Assembly: GCF_963676685.1 (NCBI RefSeq)
Contig: NC_092355.1
Span: forward strand, 40,610,001-40,674,000
Direction: 5' to 3'
Length of the DNA stretch: 64,000 bases
Source of the DNA: Mytilus edulis
Lineage: Eukaryota
Shown here: in pieces, positions 62,111 to 64,000 of the stretch
How the letters are laid out: each line of letters begins with the position of its first letter
How positions within the stretch are numbered: position 1 is the stretch's first letter
Notes under the pieces: model-generated
What the model saw: the letters and a program-made list of their open reading frames with translations, nothing else
Database searches by the model: none
Told to the model about the DNA's origin: nothing
Translations under genes and position numbers: made by a program

Positions 62111-64000
62111 GACTCTGACTTAGTTATTCAGTGCTCGAACATGCGTGTAGCGTGAGATTGACACCCGCCTTTTTACACATACGTGGGTACTGATTGTGTG
62201 TACGATTATATCGATAATGTACAATGGTAACGATACTGTTCTACAATCGATTGCATTGAAACTATATCAACCAATAATGCAAAAATATATTCGGAATTCT
62301 AAATAAAGATAAGGAATTATAGTTCATGCTAACTTGAATAAAGAAAAAAAATATTTCGAAAGAGCACTCACGTACATGCAACAATTAATAGAATATTTCT
62401 ACAAAGAGTATAGATGCAAATAACACTGAACATGGTCAGTGTTAACAAAGCATAAACTTGAGAATTACGATTACGTGCGATCTATTGTCATATATTGACA
62501 TATACATGTTTGCTTCAAAGAACATCCACAAAGCATTTATTTTTATATGGAATACATTATATTATTTTAGCTTAAATACAAAAAGAACAATTGTCTTGAT
62601 TTTAATTCATATACGTCTATATAGGAATTTACAATTTTGAACAGCCTGTTGGTCGAAAGAAGCTCCGTGATACATGTATATACCTGTTATGATCATTGTA
62701 TTTTTGAAGAAAAAGAAGCATGAAAATGGGCAAACTTACAGCACATTCATTCAAAAGCGAGCCTATCTAAGTAATCTCCCCTTATATGGCTATTTTTCGG
62801 GTTGTTTGGTTGTGTATTTTTGCTTGTTTTTTGTTGTGTTTTTTGTTGTTGTTGTTCTTTGGGAGGGGGTGACTCAAACTTAAAGTTTTTGTAATTTGTA
62901 AATACCTTTGTGATAATAATATAAATATTAGCCATTTCAACATCCATGCAAGATGGTGAAAGACACCCGGCCGATCTGCCTTAAGGTTGGAAGACATAAA
63001 GTTGGCCCTGGTGTAAAATAAATTAAGAGAAAATTAGCTGCCTCTTTAGGCATAAATGAAATTATTTCGTAACTGTACTTAATCCTTGCAAGAAAAGCTT
63101 TGAAAACTTTTCAAGGACTAAGATTTTGGTGCAAATATATTAAAGAATACATTATTTAACCACTAATCATACAAATTTTTGAAACGACAATTTAATTGAT
63201 GACAATCAAATTTAAAGTTAAAGTACAAAGTATCAATTTTCTTTGATTTTTATTCAAGATAACATTTTTAAATTTTAAAAAGGACAAGAAAAAGTCAACG
63301 GAGTCGTATAATGCTTGTACTTTAGAGATATTTTGAAGTACATTTTATTTACTAGCATTAAAATTCAGTTTGAACTTTATTTTGCATTAAAAAATTCTGT
63401 GTAGTCATGCAGTTAGCAAGGTAAATTAGTACTAATTCATGTCGACACTAGCAGATAGCATGCTTATTAGTATATAGCTTTGCTTAATCTGTTGTTTTCT
63501 GGTGTCAGTGTATTGTTAAATTGAATATCTCAACCAACACCCTTTCACCAAAAATTGAAATAAATATAACATTCTTCAATATTTTTGAATTATGCTAATT
63601 GGTGATTATGATAACGTTAATTATTGGACAATATAAATCAAAATTGAAATATCTGACCCATAAAATGTCGTTTAAAAAAAAGCTTATGTGTGGATAATTA
63701 CAAGTTACATGTACGTTTTATAGCCTTATTCTTCAAAGATATTTAAATTCACATTTAAGTTTATGTATAAAACACCTTGAAGCAAGTATCTGTTCGGTAA
63801 AGATGACTCACAGAGGATAACATCTTTATAATAAGGATAAGATCCAAAAATGTGGCTTTATTTTAAAACATTACATTCATAATTCAATGCAGGTATTTTT
63901 AGATCCTTAGGCAGATGTATACTTAGGCAAAATTTAGCAGTATGAATTCTAAATTGTAGCAGACTGCTACTGGAAAAAAAAGAAGGGGATGTTAGATATG

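Overview
AT-rich eukaryotic genomic DNA; the dispersed repeat families look like those of a mytilid bivalve (Mytilus-like; recognised by eye, not searched). The only supportable protein genes are seven single-coding-exon class A (rhodopsin-like) GPCRs of the orphan peptide-receptor-like type, in three groups: one highly divergent gene (3090-4307 +), a QRY pair (13420-14598 -, 24862-26049 -) and a DRY quartet (36102-62110 +). Intergenic DNA holds Penelope-like RT remnants, six hammerhead-ribozyme-like motifs (one fully canonical, two back-to-back on opposite strands of a ~332 bp repeat unit), Helentron-type elements, Harbinger/Kolobok/Tc-mariner-type MITEs, two minisatellites and a tandem segmental duplication that exposes empty insertion sites. 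Five sequence-unrelated elements share a long terminal hairpin, four of them also a short inverted-repeat pair. No rRNA, tRNA or CRISPR array is supported. Short ORFs in the track are treated as spurious except those overlapping Penelope-like RT remnants.
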